A DNA stretch of 64,000 nt from Macrostomum lignano (GCA_002269645.1 NIVC01000733.1:124001-188000), one strand, 5' to 3'. Counted from the stretch's first letter, positions 13,132-26,700 are shown. Notes: a model not told the origin generated them from the letters alone. Made by a program: numbers and translations.

Positions 13132-13252
13132 CTATCAGTTTGGAATGATAAAAATATAACACACATGTTCTAAACTAGCTACTGTACAGCCTATTGTCGA
13201 ATTGTGAAATCTTTTTATGAAATTTAAATTAGAAGTAAACGGTACAACTTAC

Positions 13253-13367
13253 ATGTAACGAATCCCGAACGCAGCTTGTCGAAGTCCATAAAGAAATTCT
13301 CGACTCGAACCCGACGCGACTCGCACAGCTGTCGAATCTGAATCTCGATTTCCTGCAGCGGAGCCAT
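13253..13367 (-). CDS. Multi-EF-hand protein, coding exon 1 (probable ATG at 13367)
   Basis: gtcATGg context; MAPLQEIEIQIRQLCESRRVRVENFFMDFDKLRSGFVT; donor t|gtaagt (phase 1). The eight exons sum to 2823 nt = 940 aa plus stop. An acceptor at 13406/13407 precedes the ATG, so the true start could be further upstream. Confidence 0.82.
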
Positions 13368-13575
13368 GACTTCCTGTACCCGAATTTCGACTGGCAGTAG
13401 AAGTTGCTGCAATCAAACAGAAAAATAAAAGAAATGCTTTCTTTTAAAAACTTTAGTAAAAGTACAGGCAGCTATTAATTGGTAAATAACATCCACATCC
13501 TTCCTTCTATCTGATTATACATGTACTGCCAGTACCAGTACATATTTTTTCGTGAATTATTGTGGATTTAAACAT

Positions 13576-13590
13576 GTTGCTATCAGCAAC
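13576..13590. promoter_or_regulatory. RFX X-box-like palindrome GTTGCT-ATC-AGCAAC upstream of the EF-hand gene
   Basis: Two inverted half-sites fitting GTNRCY(N0-3)RGYAAC, ~210 bp upstream of the ATG. Confidence 0.5.
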
Positions 13591-15649
13591 AACTGCTGGC
13601 GCAACAGATAGGTCATTTAGTGTATAAAAAAGATTTGTACTTACCAAAAAGTTGCAGAATGAATTAAGAATGGCCAAATGTAAAATTGTATGGTGCTTTT
13701 AAAGTTAAATTTTAAGAATTTTCTTAAGCGACAAGTATCTCAGAATAAGATTTTTAACTCAAAAACTAATTCCTATGAAACAAACAGTAAATACTCTTTT
13801 TTATTGATACTCAACACATATTATGACACAATAGTAACAAAAAGAAAATATTTTTGTTTAACTTTGAACTTATTAGCTACGAGAATACGTACAAATTTGA
13901 CTGATTAAAGAAGCAGCGATTTATCGCGTACTTATATCACGTACGTATCACAATACGCATCACGTATTCGTAGACTCACTGGTTTCACACAGAAATTTTT
14001 TTAAAAACTGAGAGAGAAACGAGTTTAATATTTAGCTTTTAGTCTAGTTTTTCTAGCTTAATAGCCTATGGTTTCTATTACAGCTGATTCAGAATAACCT
14101 TAGGCTAGACGCCAAACTACAGTCTAGTCCTAGTAAAGTAGACTAGGCCTAGTACTAGTAGTAGACCAAAATCAGTCTTTGTGTTGTTTAGAGAACATAT
14201 AGTTTATATGGTGTAATTGTGGATATGAATTCTGTGTTAATCCTTAGCATTATTTTTCTATTGATTTTTAGACTTTAGTTTAAAACCTTTCAATCTTCTA
14301 TCATAAAATTTTACTTTTATTAGTTCATTAATTAAATAGTGTTTCCTATCTATTTTCCCTACTATAGAATTTATTTCATTTTTTCAACTGTTAATATATA
14401 AGTATTGTATAGACATTTTAAGGTCATTAGCTAGCTAAGTACCAGTAGATTAGCATGTATTTATTGCTAGCTCTGCAAGTTAAACAGGGTTAAGTAACAG
14501 GGTTAGATAGCCATAGTTAGTATAAAACTCTAAAATTAGGGGTCAAACTGTCACGATGTTGATGGTGGCGTAGCGGCTAACTATGGCTAGGACCCTTAAA
14601 AGGGCCATTTTACGAGAGTCGTTGTAAGTCGTAGTTCCAAAATAAGTTGAAGTCAACTCTTGCAAAGCGGATTGTGTAGCGGAGCACTTGACAATAAAGG
14701 CAGGAAACTGCCGTAGTTGTTTTATTGTTAAAATCAATATTAGGCTTGGTTATTACTGTCAATACACAAACTATAGCTTCTGGGCACTGGCGGCTGCAAC
14801 AATGGTTTTGAATATAATTGGAGGTGAAGTCAAGTGACAGACGAGTGATGCGATGGCGACGTAACGTAATGAGCAATAGCAATGAGCACAGTGAAGGCGG
14901 TGGGACACAGTAGGCAGGATTGGCGTCAGCCGTGGCGTGAGGTAAGGAGGCTCGAGGCAGCCAGACAGAGAACAAGGCAGACAAGCCTAAGGAGAGAGAG
15001 AGAGCAAAACCAGGAAAGAAGGTGGAGACCCCCAACTCGCCAGGCGAGGGTTAATAAAGGAGCGCAGAGGGGGGTAGCACGAAGCATGAGCGGTTCTCAT
15101 TGGCTGGCTAAAGAACTTAAAATTATCGATCGTGCCAGTTTTCTACGGTCGCATGAAAGGATAGCAAAATGCGCAATGAGTTAGCGATAAGTACAAATTC
15201 ATTGGGCACTACTACAAGTAAACGTTAAAATAAACTATTGGAAAAATTAAAATGAGAAATAGCAAGGGAAACTATAGTCCAACGGCCCCTCTCGGGACCA
15301 CTTAAACTAGCAACGTCACACAAACCTTGCATACAAGGCCAGGGCATAACCATGAATTTTCTTTGGGGCCATTTGTTTTTGCTCCTAGTTTCTAAACTTA
15401 TGCTTAAAAAGTTGGGAAACACTATAAATTTTCATTTTTGTATATTATAAAATACTAAAATAAAATCTAATAAATATTGACAATAAATATTTAAGTAAGA
15501 ATTGTTTTAACTAATCTGTTTGTGCATGTCAGCCTATGCAATGCTCTGCATAAGTGCACTTTATTGTCATTATATGATTGCCTTTTTTCCTTAGTTTTTG
15601 ACTTTTCTAAGTCAAGTCTCAATTAAAATCTCAAGTCTATACATGGCAC

Positions 15650-15824
15650 CAAGGGGCACACCTAAAGGGCAGTTGCCTCCCTTATTTGGTAGAGACTTAA
15701 AAAATGAAATGGGGACCAAGTGCATTTTTGCCAAATCTTAGGGCTATGCCTATCCCCTCTGCCCCCTTGGGTTTTTACCTTCTAGTATCTGCCCCCTCTT
15801 AACCAATTTTTGGTTGCACCAATG
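15650..15824. mobile_element. Degenerate hAT-like MITE
   Basis: CA..TG ends with diverged short inverted repeats (caaggggcacacc / ggttgcaccaatg). Flanks CATGGCAC (15642-15649) and CATGGTAC (15825-15832) give a 7/8 TSD. Confidence 0.4.
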
Positions 15825-16791
15825 CATGGTACTAGTGTAATCAGTTTACTGAAATATAAAAGTTTAAAAAGTTATGGGTCTCAAATTTTGGAGATATTGG
15901 CCAATATATAGATAACACCCTAGCTATGTTACTGCTTTCATAAGTAGACTAGGACTGATTTTTAGCTAGCTTGTTTGCCTTTATCACTTAGTCATAGTCA
16001 TGTGAAGTCCTTTCCTACCATTCTTGATAATTTTACTTTTTTATATTATTTGTTAATATTGAGCAATCATTAGTGTCTAATATTCCAAAAAATATATAAG
16101 CCAATTGTAATGCAATTTTCATTATGTTTTTAATAGTTATAGAGTTTGAAAGTTTATTTATTACTATTTTTGTGACTATACTGTATATTTAAGATTTTAA
16201 TTATATTTTCATATAGCTATAAAGGCTTGAAACAGCTATTTACTTCTTATAAATAAACTTATTTGGCTTTTGTAATTCCTTAGTTTCAATTCCTAATTTA
16301 TGTTTTTCTATCTTTTTGATTGAATTAGAACTAATATGTTCCATTATATTATATCACTTGTTTTTAGCCCCATATAAAGTTTAATATTGAACCTAAAACT
16401 TCTTTTTTGAAAATAAATTTGTTTAAAGAATGTAAGAGCATATACACAATTAACTTAATAGAGTATAAGTAGTTATAAAAGTTTAAAGAAGAAAGAAGTG
16501 CAATTCAGTTAAACATTGTGCACTTTTATAATGCTTGCAAATTGAGTAATGAAAACTTACATGTAAGTATGCATTAGATTCAAAAGTGCTCAGGTTCTAG
16601 AACTAGAAATGGATACTATGGACAGAATTAATATCAAATCGAATAGAAGGCATATAATAGTTGGTTGTCGCATTAAATAAGATCTGATATGTGCACGCTA
16701 TTGACTTATCTTAATGTGCATTGTGATGCTCAAAATTGACTCTCAATATTTCATTATCGGTAACGAGTATCTGGTATGCATGCTTAGACGA

Positions 16792-17374
16792 TCAAACACA
16801 TCCACCTTCCAATTCATTGTTATTATCCATTGCGTTCTCGGCACCAACTTGGGCAAGCAGTTCCTCTCGTCTGGCACACATCCGCTGAGTAGAAACTGGA
16901 CCCTGCGTCAGAGAAACGTAGTGACGCAGTGCTTTGAAGGTGACGTCTTCGCTCAGAGCTGTTGGACCCAGCGCCAGCAACTGACGTAGCCGTTTTTGAC
17001 CAAGCGCCCGGTTAAGCAGATTAATTAGCGTTCGTTCTGGCCCGCTAGACGTTGGTTCTGCGCAACAGCATTCTTGAATCCACGCCAATGGAATAGCCAT
17101 CTGGTAGCTGGTGTCAGTTGCCAGCAGGACCTTGTCCGGCTCACTTGGATCCTGCTTGGTGTGCTCCAGCCAGTCGCAGTTCCTGCTCCCAGCATTAGAG
17201 TGTCGTTGGCTTGACCAGTCAAGTTGATCAGCTTGAATCTGGTTTAGACGTCGGTTCAACTGCTCCAAGGTTGAATGAATCGGCGATATTGTGAATGTTA
17301 GAATGGCCGATAGTTGAGCAGTGTAGCGCTGGAAAAGTTCTTCAAGCATCGACTTGGTCAACGGTTGTTCCTGT

Positions 17375-17413
<39 letters not shown>

Positions 17414-18132
17414 AAAAGCTGCTGCGTAGCCAACAATCCGTGATGCTGTTGAGTCTGCTGCGGTGCCGCTGCAGCTAAAAAGGCACCCAGCGAAACAGCA
17501 GCAGTCGGAGGCAGATGAGTTGGTGTCGAGATCGTCGGTCTGAGGGTTACACTTGCCTGTTGCTGCTGCTGCTGCTGCTGCAACTGCTGGCACTGATTTT
17601 GCTGTGCTTGCGCCCTTGGAATCAGCGGGCGGGGGAGCACCATCTGCGGTGCGCGGCGCAGCAGCGGGATTGCGATAGTTGCACCTGTTGTCGCTGCGGC
17701 AGTTGTCGTTACAGTATGAAGCGACGGCTGCAGCGAATTTTGCACAGGCTGTAGTTGAGGCTCTGAATCGTCTTTTTCCACTGCTCCGTATTCGGCTTCA
17801 GTCTCGGTTGAATCGGCTTCCTCGCCGTCCTCGCCAGGCGGCGTCACCTCGTCGTCCACGTTGCTGGCTTGATCGTCCGCTCCACCAATAGTTGTCTCAT
17901 CGCTAGCCGACGGCGTGACAAATGGACCGCCGAGATGTGCGGAAGTGGACGGATCGACGTCGATAGTGGTTGGCGTTGGCGATTTATCGGCCCGGCGGAG
18001 TCGCTTCCTATTGCCCAGGCTGTGCTTGTAGAGATCGGCAATTCGATCGCGATCTTTGATCCAAGTTGCCAGGGTGCTGGGCGGCAGGCGCATCTCTCGG
18101 ATTATGGCCGACTTGGCCTCGCCGTTCTCGAT
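16792..18132 (-). CDS. CENP-B-type HTH / polyQ protein, exon 2
   Basis: Acceptor gaacag|atc, in frame with the 433-aa ORF. IENGEAKSAIIREMRLPPSTLATWIKDRDRI...RKRLRR completes a CENP-B_N/psq-like HTH, followed by acidic, polyQ and coiled-coil segments. Confidence 0.8.
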
Positions 18133-18235
18133 CTGTTCTCAATTGGGTATGCAGGATCAAATAAAGTTTAGGTGTGTGATTTAAAAAAACCGAACGGTTG
18201 TCATATTATCCCGGTTTTCATTGTTTCAAACTCAC

Positions 18236-18424
18236 CCTACTAAGCGTGTGCATTTTTGTCTCGACATCGAAATAGACCCGTTTGTTCCTTACAATCGCTC
18301 CGTTAGTCCGTCGCTGTTGAGCCGCGCTTTTAATTTCGATTCCACCTCCACTGTTTCCGCCGACCTCTTCATCTTTCGCTTCGAGAACTCCGTCGCCATT
18401 AGCAACCACCACACTGTTTTGCAT
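18236..18424 (-). CDS. CENP-B-type HTH / polyQ protein, exon 1
   Basis: ATG at 18424; ends RNKRVYFDVETKMHTLSR with donor agg|gtgagt (phase 0), supplying helix 1 of the HTH. Confidence 0.7.
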
Positions 18425-20189
18425 GATTCTAGTCTGAAACTGGACTTAGCCAATTTCAGCTGTATGCAGTTACAGACAGAAAAACTTGGTTGAGAGAGTG
18501 CGCGCGCTGCTGGTACGCGATGTATCGCCCCGAATAGGTTTCGTCGCTGGAAATCTGCTGGTTTTAGGCCCGCTCCCCTCTTCCTCTCTCCCCTGTCTCT
18601 CTTCAGCTCGCTTGCTTCGCTAAACTGACTTGAGTCGATGTTCTTCCCCCTCTTTCCCTCTCTCTGTCCATTGGCTCTGGAGGCCAATGCAACGATGGAC
18701 GGAGAAACTAAGCCTCCCGTTTTCTCTCCCTTTCTCTCCTCTCCCCTCGTAAGTCCGTCTCTCTCTTTCTCTCTCTCTCTCTATCCCTCAGCTACTCAAC
18801 GTTCGTTCTATGTTTTCTTCCGTTACACTTATGCGCAGCGCTGCGTGGCCTGAACGAGCCTAAAGCAACGAAATAGAAATAGGAGGGGTTACTAGAACGG
18901 GTATTGCCTGCTAGGGCCGAGATCGGGTTCAGTGCCTGGGAGTGTTTGGGGCGGGGGTGGGTACATCGTCGACTGAGAGAGAGACTTTCCAAATCAATGT
19001 GCCTCAACTGGCCCTCCCTGAGCCGGTAAAAGTCTCCCCTTTTGGCCCCGATATTTGCCTGTCCTCTCCCCTCTCCTTCTCGCTGTCTCTTTGCTCCTCG
19101 CTCTCTTCTCGTCTCCCTCCACTCGTCTCTATTCCCTCTCTCTGTCCATTATTTTCTTCCCCTCATCTTGCCTCCGCGTCCTATAGAGGCTGGTTGGTTG
19201 TCCATCCTGTTCCGCGATCCGCGCGCGCCATCAGCTCCGCAACTTAACGAATGAGCATGTTTAGAGGGAAGATCTGATCCTCGTCGTTCCCAAAACCGTT
19301 CTCTCTCTCTTCTCATTCTCTCCGTGTCCTGCTCACCGTCAAATTGAAGCATATATCGTTTCCTTCTTCAAACGAATCAATTTTCTTCCTAGCTACTCAC
19401 TCGCTGACGGTTGCCTGTTTATCCGGTTTGCATGATGAACTTAAAATAAATTTACATTGCCTAAAATTTTTCAGAATCCAGTTTCACAACGCCTCAACTT
19501 CCACGATTGTAGCGTTTCGTGAAATTTATTTAGTCTAAATAAATCACGAAATAGCTAAATCAAACTCACATTTCATAGTGGTTAGCAAAGTTTTCTTGTG
19601 CCCAAAAACACCTGTTAGAAGGTATATTAAGCGTCACGTGTAGCGTAGCGGTATAAATGACATGGATATCAAAACAGTTCGAATTGAATTGGCTAGTTTC
19701 GAATTATACCAAGAAACTGAGGTATGAATTACTACGAAACAGAGTTCATGGAAAGTCCATTGCTTGTATAAATCTCGTAGTCGTAATGATAACGAATAGT
19801 TCGAAAACGTTCTACGAGTGTATGTTAAACTTTCAAACTGAGCGCAGATAAAACTCTGCGCTTTTAGAAGCGTGCTTGTACACAATCTGTGATCTTTGAG
19901 CGTCACTAGGTACGTAGCTGAGGCCTGCGTTGACCCCTAATAGTTTGTGTACGGTGGTACCACTTCTAACTTAAGATTTGGACTTTCAATTCATATGAGC
20001 CTGTTTCTATTTGGCTTTGTACGATCTTTAATATTCAATCAAACTTTTAAGCGCAGTTGGCATAAATGCTACTTAAAATTCGAATTGTACCAGTAGTATA
20101 GTATGAAAACTATATTCAAGTTTAGCGAGAAGCTTTTGGCAAAATCCAGTTTTGAATTGGGCAATGCTTTTTTAAACCTGAATTCTGTA

Positions 20190-20932
20190 GAGATTACAGA
20201 AGCATGAGCAACGGATGAGAAGCTTGAGAACTTATGCACAGAAGCATGAGCAATTGATAAGAAACGCGTGAGAATTTAAGTACACCAGCATGAGCGATTG
20301 ATGAGAAACATGAGAATCTAAGTACAGAAGCATGAGTAATTGATGAGAAACATGAGATTCTAGGTACAGAAGCATGAGTAATTGATGAGAAACTTTAGAA
20401 CCTACTGATAGATACAGATACATCGGTATTGATGAGAAACATGAGAATCTACGAGCCTCGTAAGTACAGAAGCTTGGGTAATTGATGAGAAACATGAGAA
20501 TCTAAGTACAGAAGCCTGATTAATTGATGAGAAACATAAGAATCTTAAGTACAGAAGCATGAGTAATTGATGAGAAACATGAGAATCTAAGTACAGAAGC
20601 ATGAGTAATTGATGAGAAACATGAGAATCTAAGTACAGAAGCATGAGTAATTGATGAGAAATTAGAGAAACTAAGTACAGAAGCATGAGTAATTGATGAG
20701 AAACATGAGAATCTAGGTACAGAAGCATGAGTAATTGATGAGAAACATGAGAATCTAAGTACAGAAGCATGAGTAATTGATGAGAAACATGAGAATCTAA
20801 GTACAGAAGCATGAGTAATTGATGAGAAATATGAGAATCTAAGTACAGATGCATTGGTAATTGATGAGAAACATTAGAATCTAGGCACAGAAGCATGAGT
20901 AATTGATGAGAAACTAGAGAAACTATAGGCCC
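20190..20932. repeat. 42-bp minisatellite AGTACAGAAGCATGAGTAATTGATGAGAAACATGAGAATCTA
   Basis: About 17 copies. Confidence 0.95.
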
Positions 20933-21456
20933 AGAAGCGTTAGTATTTTATAAATAATGCGGTACAAACACTGCAGGAGTCACAGTTTTAGTTTTTTGCG
21001 TTTTTTTTTAATTTGCAGTTAAGCGTTAAAATTTAAGTTTCAATTGAATGCCAAGCCGGCTACATATACCTGACTGCATAAAATAGAACCCTTGTTAAAT
21101 GTGGCAATCAGTTTAATATAGCAGAATCGTTCCATTTTTCGTCAAATTTCAGAGTAACCCTCCGTCCATGACAAGAAAGTCAACTACTGGTCTTCGAGTA
21201 TTAGACTGTGCATCCTAATCTATATAATACATTATATCTTATCGCACTCTTAAGAAGCGAACGAGTTCGCAAATTTTTCTTTAAAATAAAACCGCGCCTG
21301 GCAAGCAGAGGCCAGATCGAACTTGAAGAAGAAGAAGATTTCATTATACCTTAGAATACGTGCGACCTAAAGAACCCAATACATATATAGCGCCTTATTA
21401 ATAACAATATCAATATTAGTCTCTATATATAAAGTTCCTACAGTTAAGAAAGCAGA

Positions 21457-21612
21457 ATGGACAGCAGTTCAGTACAGACATTAGGCGCTGGTGCAGCAGC
21501 CGTGCTGGTTGGCACTCTGTTTTATCGTTGGCTGTCATATCCCAGCAGACAGTTCGGCCCGACGCCTCTGCTAAGTGTGCTTGAGGATCGGCAACAGTCC
21601 AGGGTGCTTTCG
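21457..21612 (+). CDS. ACSL: Long-chain fatty-acid-CoA ligase (ACSL1/5-like), exon 1 with N-terminal membrane anchor
   Basis: MDSSSVQTLGAGAAAVLVGTLFYRWLS (hydrophobic anchor); donor tcg|gtaagg phase 0 matches exon 2. Confidence 0.75.
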
Positions 21613-22289
21613 GTAAGGTGTTCCGCAATTTTCTGTGTTTGTTCTTCTCAGTTACGAGTACATTTACGAGCTATAAGCGTTTTATTTTAATTATTGATTT
21701 TAGGATGCTGTCAGTGTTTTGGGCACGCAGTGACGGGCACACATTCCGTTACAATCGGAGTTAAGCAGTTTTAAAAAAAGTTTTTTTAGCCTATCTTGTT
21801 GATAAATAAGCGTTTGTGATGCTTTGGGAATCTGATCCCTTGGGGTTGGGAGTGTAATATCTTTGGAATGCAAAGTCTTGGAATGTAATGTCTTTAAGAA
21901 TGCAATATCTCGAAATGTGACGCTTTTGGAATATGGATAATGTCTACGAATATATTGTCTTAAGAATGTGATCTCTTGTGAGTGTGACTTCGTATATAGG
22001 AATGTAATGTCTAAAGCATGACAACACAAACATTGCATCATATCTGAACCTTGTGACGGTTTTACGACCTGGGTGTTTTGTGCGAGTTTGAAGTTTTTTT
22101 AAGATTGGGAATGTTTATGTAATGTTTTGGATGCGATATCTTAAAAATGTTGTGCTAATTATTGTTTGGGCAAATTTTCGTGATTATTTGGCACATAGCT
22201 TTCATGGTTTTCACAGAAGACACAATTATGTTGATGTGGTTCATGGAACGGAATTAAAAAAATTGAATTAACTACATGGAGCTTCTGTC

Positions 22290-22938
22290 TGACCTCAGCC
22301 TTGACATTTCAGCAATCCCCCCGTAAGCCTTGATATCTCAGCAATCCCCCCGTAAGCCTTGATATCTCAGCAATCCCCTCGTAGTCGTAAGCCTTGATAT
22401 CTCAGCAATCCCCTCGTAGTCGTAAGCCTTGATATCTCAGCAATCCCCTCGTAAGCCTTGATATCTCAGCAATCCCCTCGTAAGCCTTGATATCTCAGCA
22501 ATTCCCCCGTAAGCCTTGACATCTCAGCAATCCCCCCGTAAGCCTTGACATCTCAGCAATTCCCCCGTAAGCCTTGACATCTCAGCAATTCCCCCGTAAG
22601 CCTTGACATCTCAGCAATCCCCCCGTAAGCCTTGACATCTCAGCAATCCCCCCGTAAGCCTTGACATCTCAGCAATCCCCCCGTAAGCCTTGACATCTCA
22701 GCAATCCCCCGTAAGCCTTGACATCTCAGCAACCCCCCGTAAGCCTTGACATCTCAGCAATCCCCCCCGTAAGCCTTGACATCTCAGTAATCCCCCCGTA
22801 AGCCTTGACATCTCAGCAATTCCCCCGTAAGCCTTGACATCTCAGCAATTCCCCCGTAAGCCTTGACATCTCAGCAATCCCCCCGTAAGCCTTGACATCT
22901 CAGCAACCCCCCGTAAGCCTTGATATCTCAGCAACCCC
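22290..22938. repeat. ~29-bp minisatellite GTAAGCCTTGACATCTCAGCAATCCCCCC in ACSL intron 1
   Basis: About 21 copies. Confidence 0.95.
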
Positions 22939-23723
22939 GTATTCTCAGTTGCAAAATTTCGGTTAGAAGCACAGACCAAGAAGTATCTTATTTCAGACTG
23001 CCCCGCCCCGTCACAGAATGCATGCCTTGAACAAAACAGTAGCTATCTTTTGCAATGTTCGTAAAACTTAGAAGCACTCAGACAAGTTTTGCTGGGCGTG
23101 GGCATGGGCACTTCTTTCTATTTTACGAGTACTTTCCTACGTTTAGCCATCAGCGCTCGTTGTTTTCAGTGCTGGGAAATTTTTTTTCCAAGTGAATTTT
23201 TGCATCATATCTCTACAATCGTTTTACTTCTTTCTTTAGCTTCCGAAAAAAATGCGCTTCGTTTTTAAAAGCTTTTAGAAAAGTAGTCGTAGACAAGAAA
23301 AAAGAGAGAAGAGAAGCCGTATTTTCTTACTCTCAGGTCAGGACTCGGGACCAAGCTACCAGGCCGGACTCGCTTCCATTAAACAATTTAGCAGCCACTG
23401 GTTTCGAGTCTACGGCATTCGTTTAATTTTTTGGCTGTGTTGAGGCCACGGCGCAGTGGTTTGGGTGAGGTCTGAGGGTGCAGAGCTTGGGGTTGGGGTT
23501 GTGCGTGCCCTGTGGGGGGGGGTTGCGTGCGCTGCGGGGGGTGGGGCGCTGCGGGGCGCGGCAGAGTCTAAAACTAAAACCAGAGAACTAAATAGAGGCT
23601 GACGTAGACAAATAAATTCTGGTAAGGGCCAGATTTGGAAAGACTCGGGTGTACATCCACGCTTTGCTAGAGTGTACATTGGCTTTATTTATGTGGGATA
23701 GAGGGAGAGAAATGTGAATGAAC

Positions 23724-26700
23724 CACAGACCAAGAAATATAACTAGACTGCGCATGAGGGTAAAAAAAGTTGTGCCTTTTTCCTAGTAGGAAAAGTGGCA
23801 CCCCAGTGCCCACTCCCCCACGATCGATAATTGTGCCCGGGCCTTTCTTACCCTCAGCCAACTCAGCTTGTCGGGGTCTCTTTTTTCTTTATGTTCGTAA
23901 CTAGTGAAAATTCAGACTCAGTAAGAAATAGGATTAACAAATCAACAACTACAGATTCATTTTTAATTTATCTAGAATTTTTTGCACGCATTTAATGGCA
24001 AATATATAGTTTATCACGGGAATAAGCTTAAACAGAATGCATTGAAGCCATAACTTACCAGCCTCCATATGCGAATACGCTGATTACAAATTAAGAAAAA
24101 TCGCTGTTCGAAGCAGCCTTTGCCTCTTGCCGGGTTTTCTTCCAGCGCGTGAAAGATCCTTAGCCAGCTTCTTCATTCGAATATTTATAAAAAGCATAGC
24201 CATTACTCGAATCAAATGCAGCTTGTGAGACTCAATGCTGATACTCGCGGATGCCGAATGAGAGTCCAGTTCAGGGAACAGATTGATTGACATGCGCAGA
24301 ATCTCCTGAACAGCTACATCACTAGAGAATCCGCTGCTGTAGCTGGCACGCCGAACAACAGTCTCTGCATTGAGCAGCACCCGCAGGACATTGCTGCTAG
24401 GAAAAATCAGGCCGCCAGTTCCTTCCTTGTTCAAAACATTTTTTATGGCAACGAGTGAGCATGGTCCGCGTGAAGCTCCTGGCGTCTCAGAGCTTGCGAT
24501 CAGAGCTGACCTGCACGGAGCACATTCAACTGCTTTCATCATTCTTCGGACGACCGCGCCTGCGATATAGCACACGATGGACTGGCAAATTTCACACACC
24601 GATGCATTCTTGCAGTGTTGGATTGAACCCAGACTCAGTCCCATTTCATTTTGAGCTTTCATCTGCTTCCATGGCTGCTGTCCTGATGATGATGGCAGAC
24701 AAGACAATGATAACTGAATAGTGGCATCCTGCTGCCTCACATTCGGACTCACGGACTGTAGAATTCCACCTCCGGCATGCACCAACAGCTGCCTGAATGC
24801 TGAGCGAAATTGCGTGGGCGTTGGGTTATGGTTCCAGCCATTTCGTAGCCTTACTGCATTAAAAAACAGTTCGAGAAAATCCTGCGAAAGCTTGTAAGTG
24901 CAAAGAAAGAAGAATTCGCCAGTCGAAAATAAATACTTAGCGAGCTCCATAATGCCATGGCAGTTGGTGATGAAGCCTAGGAAGCCAGTCTTCTTTGCGG
25001 TTTCTACTATCTTACAGCCAGCCGGAGTTTCAAGGCTACGGAGAAGTTCGATCGAGCTAGAGAAGAAATCGATCCAATCCGACTGATTGTCAGCTCTAAG
25101 CGCCATTTTGGCGCCATAACTGACCAGCCGCTTGGAATTGAAAGCGTCGAACAAATCATTCATGTGCTCAACGAAATCTGCGGTGACTAGCACATCAGAG
25201 TGCTCAAATCCGATCACACCTTGCTGATGCACCCATCGCAAAGAGTCGGCCACTGACTTGCTAAACAGTTGTGATGCCAAATAGACCTTCATCTTTAAAT
25301 TAGCAAAGTTGATGTGATGCCTGCTTAACTTGTTTCCAAGTCGGAGTCCATGACTTTCTTGTACTTGCTGCAACATGGAAACATATTTCCATTCAATATT
25401 TCCTCTGTTCGGCCAAACAAATCTTCCCAGTGACTGCCACTGATTGCGAATCAGCTTTAACATGTGAGGCACATCCAGGAAGGCTGCAACCTGAATGCTA
25501 GGATCGCAGGGGTGCGGGAAGCAGGCGACGACCTCGTTCGGAGAACTTATCCTGGAGCCAAGGAGTTCGATCGCTCGAATGTTGTGCTGAGTTCCATCGC
25601 ATGTGAATGATGTTGCTATGACGCCAACCTGGTACAGTCGCTGAATGGATTCCTCTACAACGCTCGAAAGAAATTCGCCGTCAACTCCATTCACTAGAAA
25701 ATACCCTAAAGGCAGCTTCCAATAGCTCTTAAGCCCCACTGCCATCACTACCAGTGCCGAAGACGCCTCCTGATCACTTGGTTTGCCATCGCCTTTGTCA
25801 ACGTAGCCAAAAAACATACCTTCGCTTGAATTCCATTCAATCATCGACTCTAGCGACATTTCATCAGCAACAACGTTGCAGTAGTCAAAGGCTTGGCCGT
25901 CAGTGGAGCTGCGTCGCCGCGAAAGTTCCTGGAAAGCCTGATCGCAAAACCCTGGAAAGCACTTTGCATTTGAGAGCCATTTTCTAAGTGACGCAGGATG
26001 TGGAAGCTGAAAGTACTTTCGTACATACTCATAAGCCTTCGGACTATAGAAATGCAATGTAGAGGCGAATTTGCGCACTTCGTCAGAGAACCTCTTTGTC
26101 CTTTTTCTATTGCAAGGCACGATGCTGCTCAGCAGTGAATCGGAGGTCAAGAAATTCAATCGAGATGCCGCTGCTTCGTTTAACATGCACTTGGCCTTTA
26201 GATCCAGAATTGCGTCCTTCAATGTTTTGGCTCTATGTTTAATTTGCCTGTGCTTTGAGCGCAGAGATCGAATTTTTCTGTACTTGCTCTGTACCGTCCG
26301 ACGCAGGATTTCAATGGCCTTAGCACTTTTCTTAGATCTCTTATGAGCAGCCAAAAGCCTTTTGTATCTGCGCCTCAGGTTTTTTAGGACTCTCACCTTT
26401 TCTTCGAATAGTTCTCTGGCCACACAGTTGGCATGCAGTTCTTGTAGGGGTTGTTCTGGTTCATCTGCCTCCGTGTCAGTTGGCTGAGCCTTCGTCTTGC
26501 TACATTCCGGCGCTTTCAAAAATGCAGCAAAGTCAACTTCCTGAGCAGCGGCGGCGGCGGCGGTGGCTGTTTTTCGCTTCTTTTCAACAGGCTGCAGGCG
26601 GTCAGGGAGCGTCGGGAAGATAGAAGGAACAGCATTTGGATACAGCCGCCTTCTTGTGGTGGGCAGAAAGCCGGCTAGTTGTTCCTTGAAGCAAGACTCT

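Noticed and set aside
14543-15422. Short ORFs upstream of the EF-hand gene
   Set aside because: No domain signal or consistent splice sites; more likely promoter or UTR sequence.
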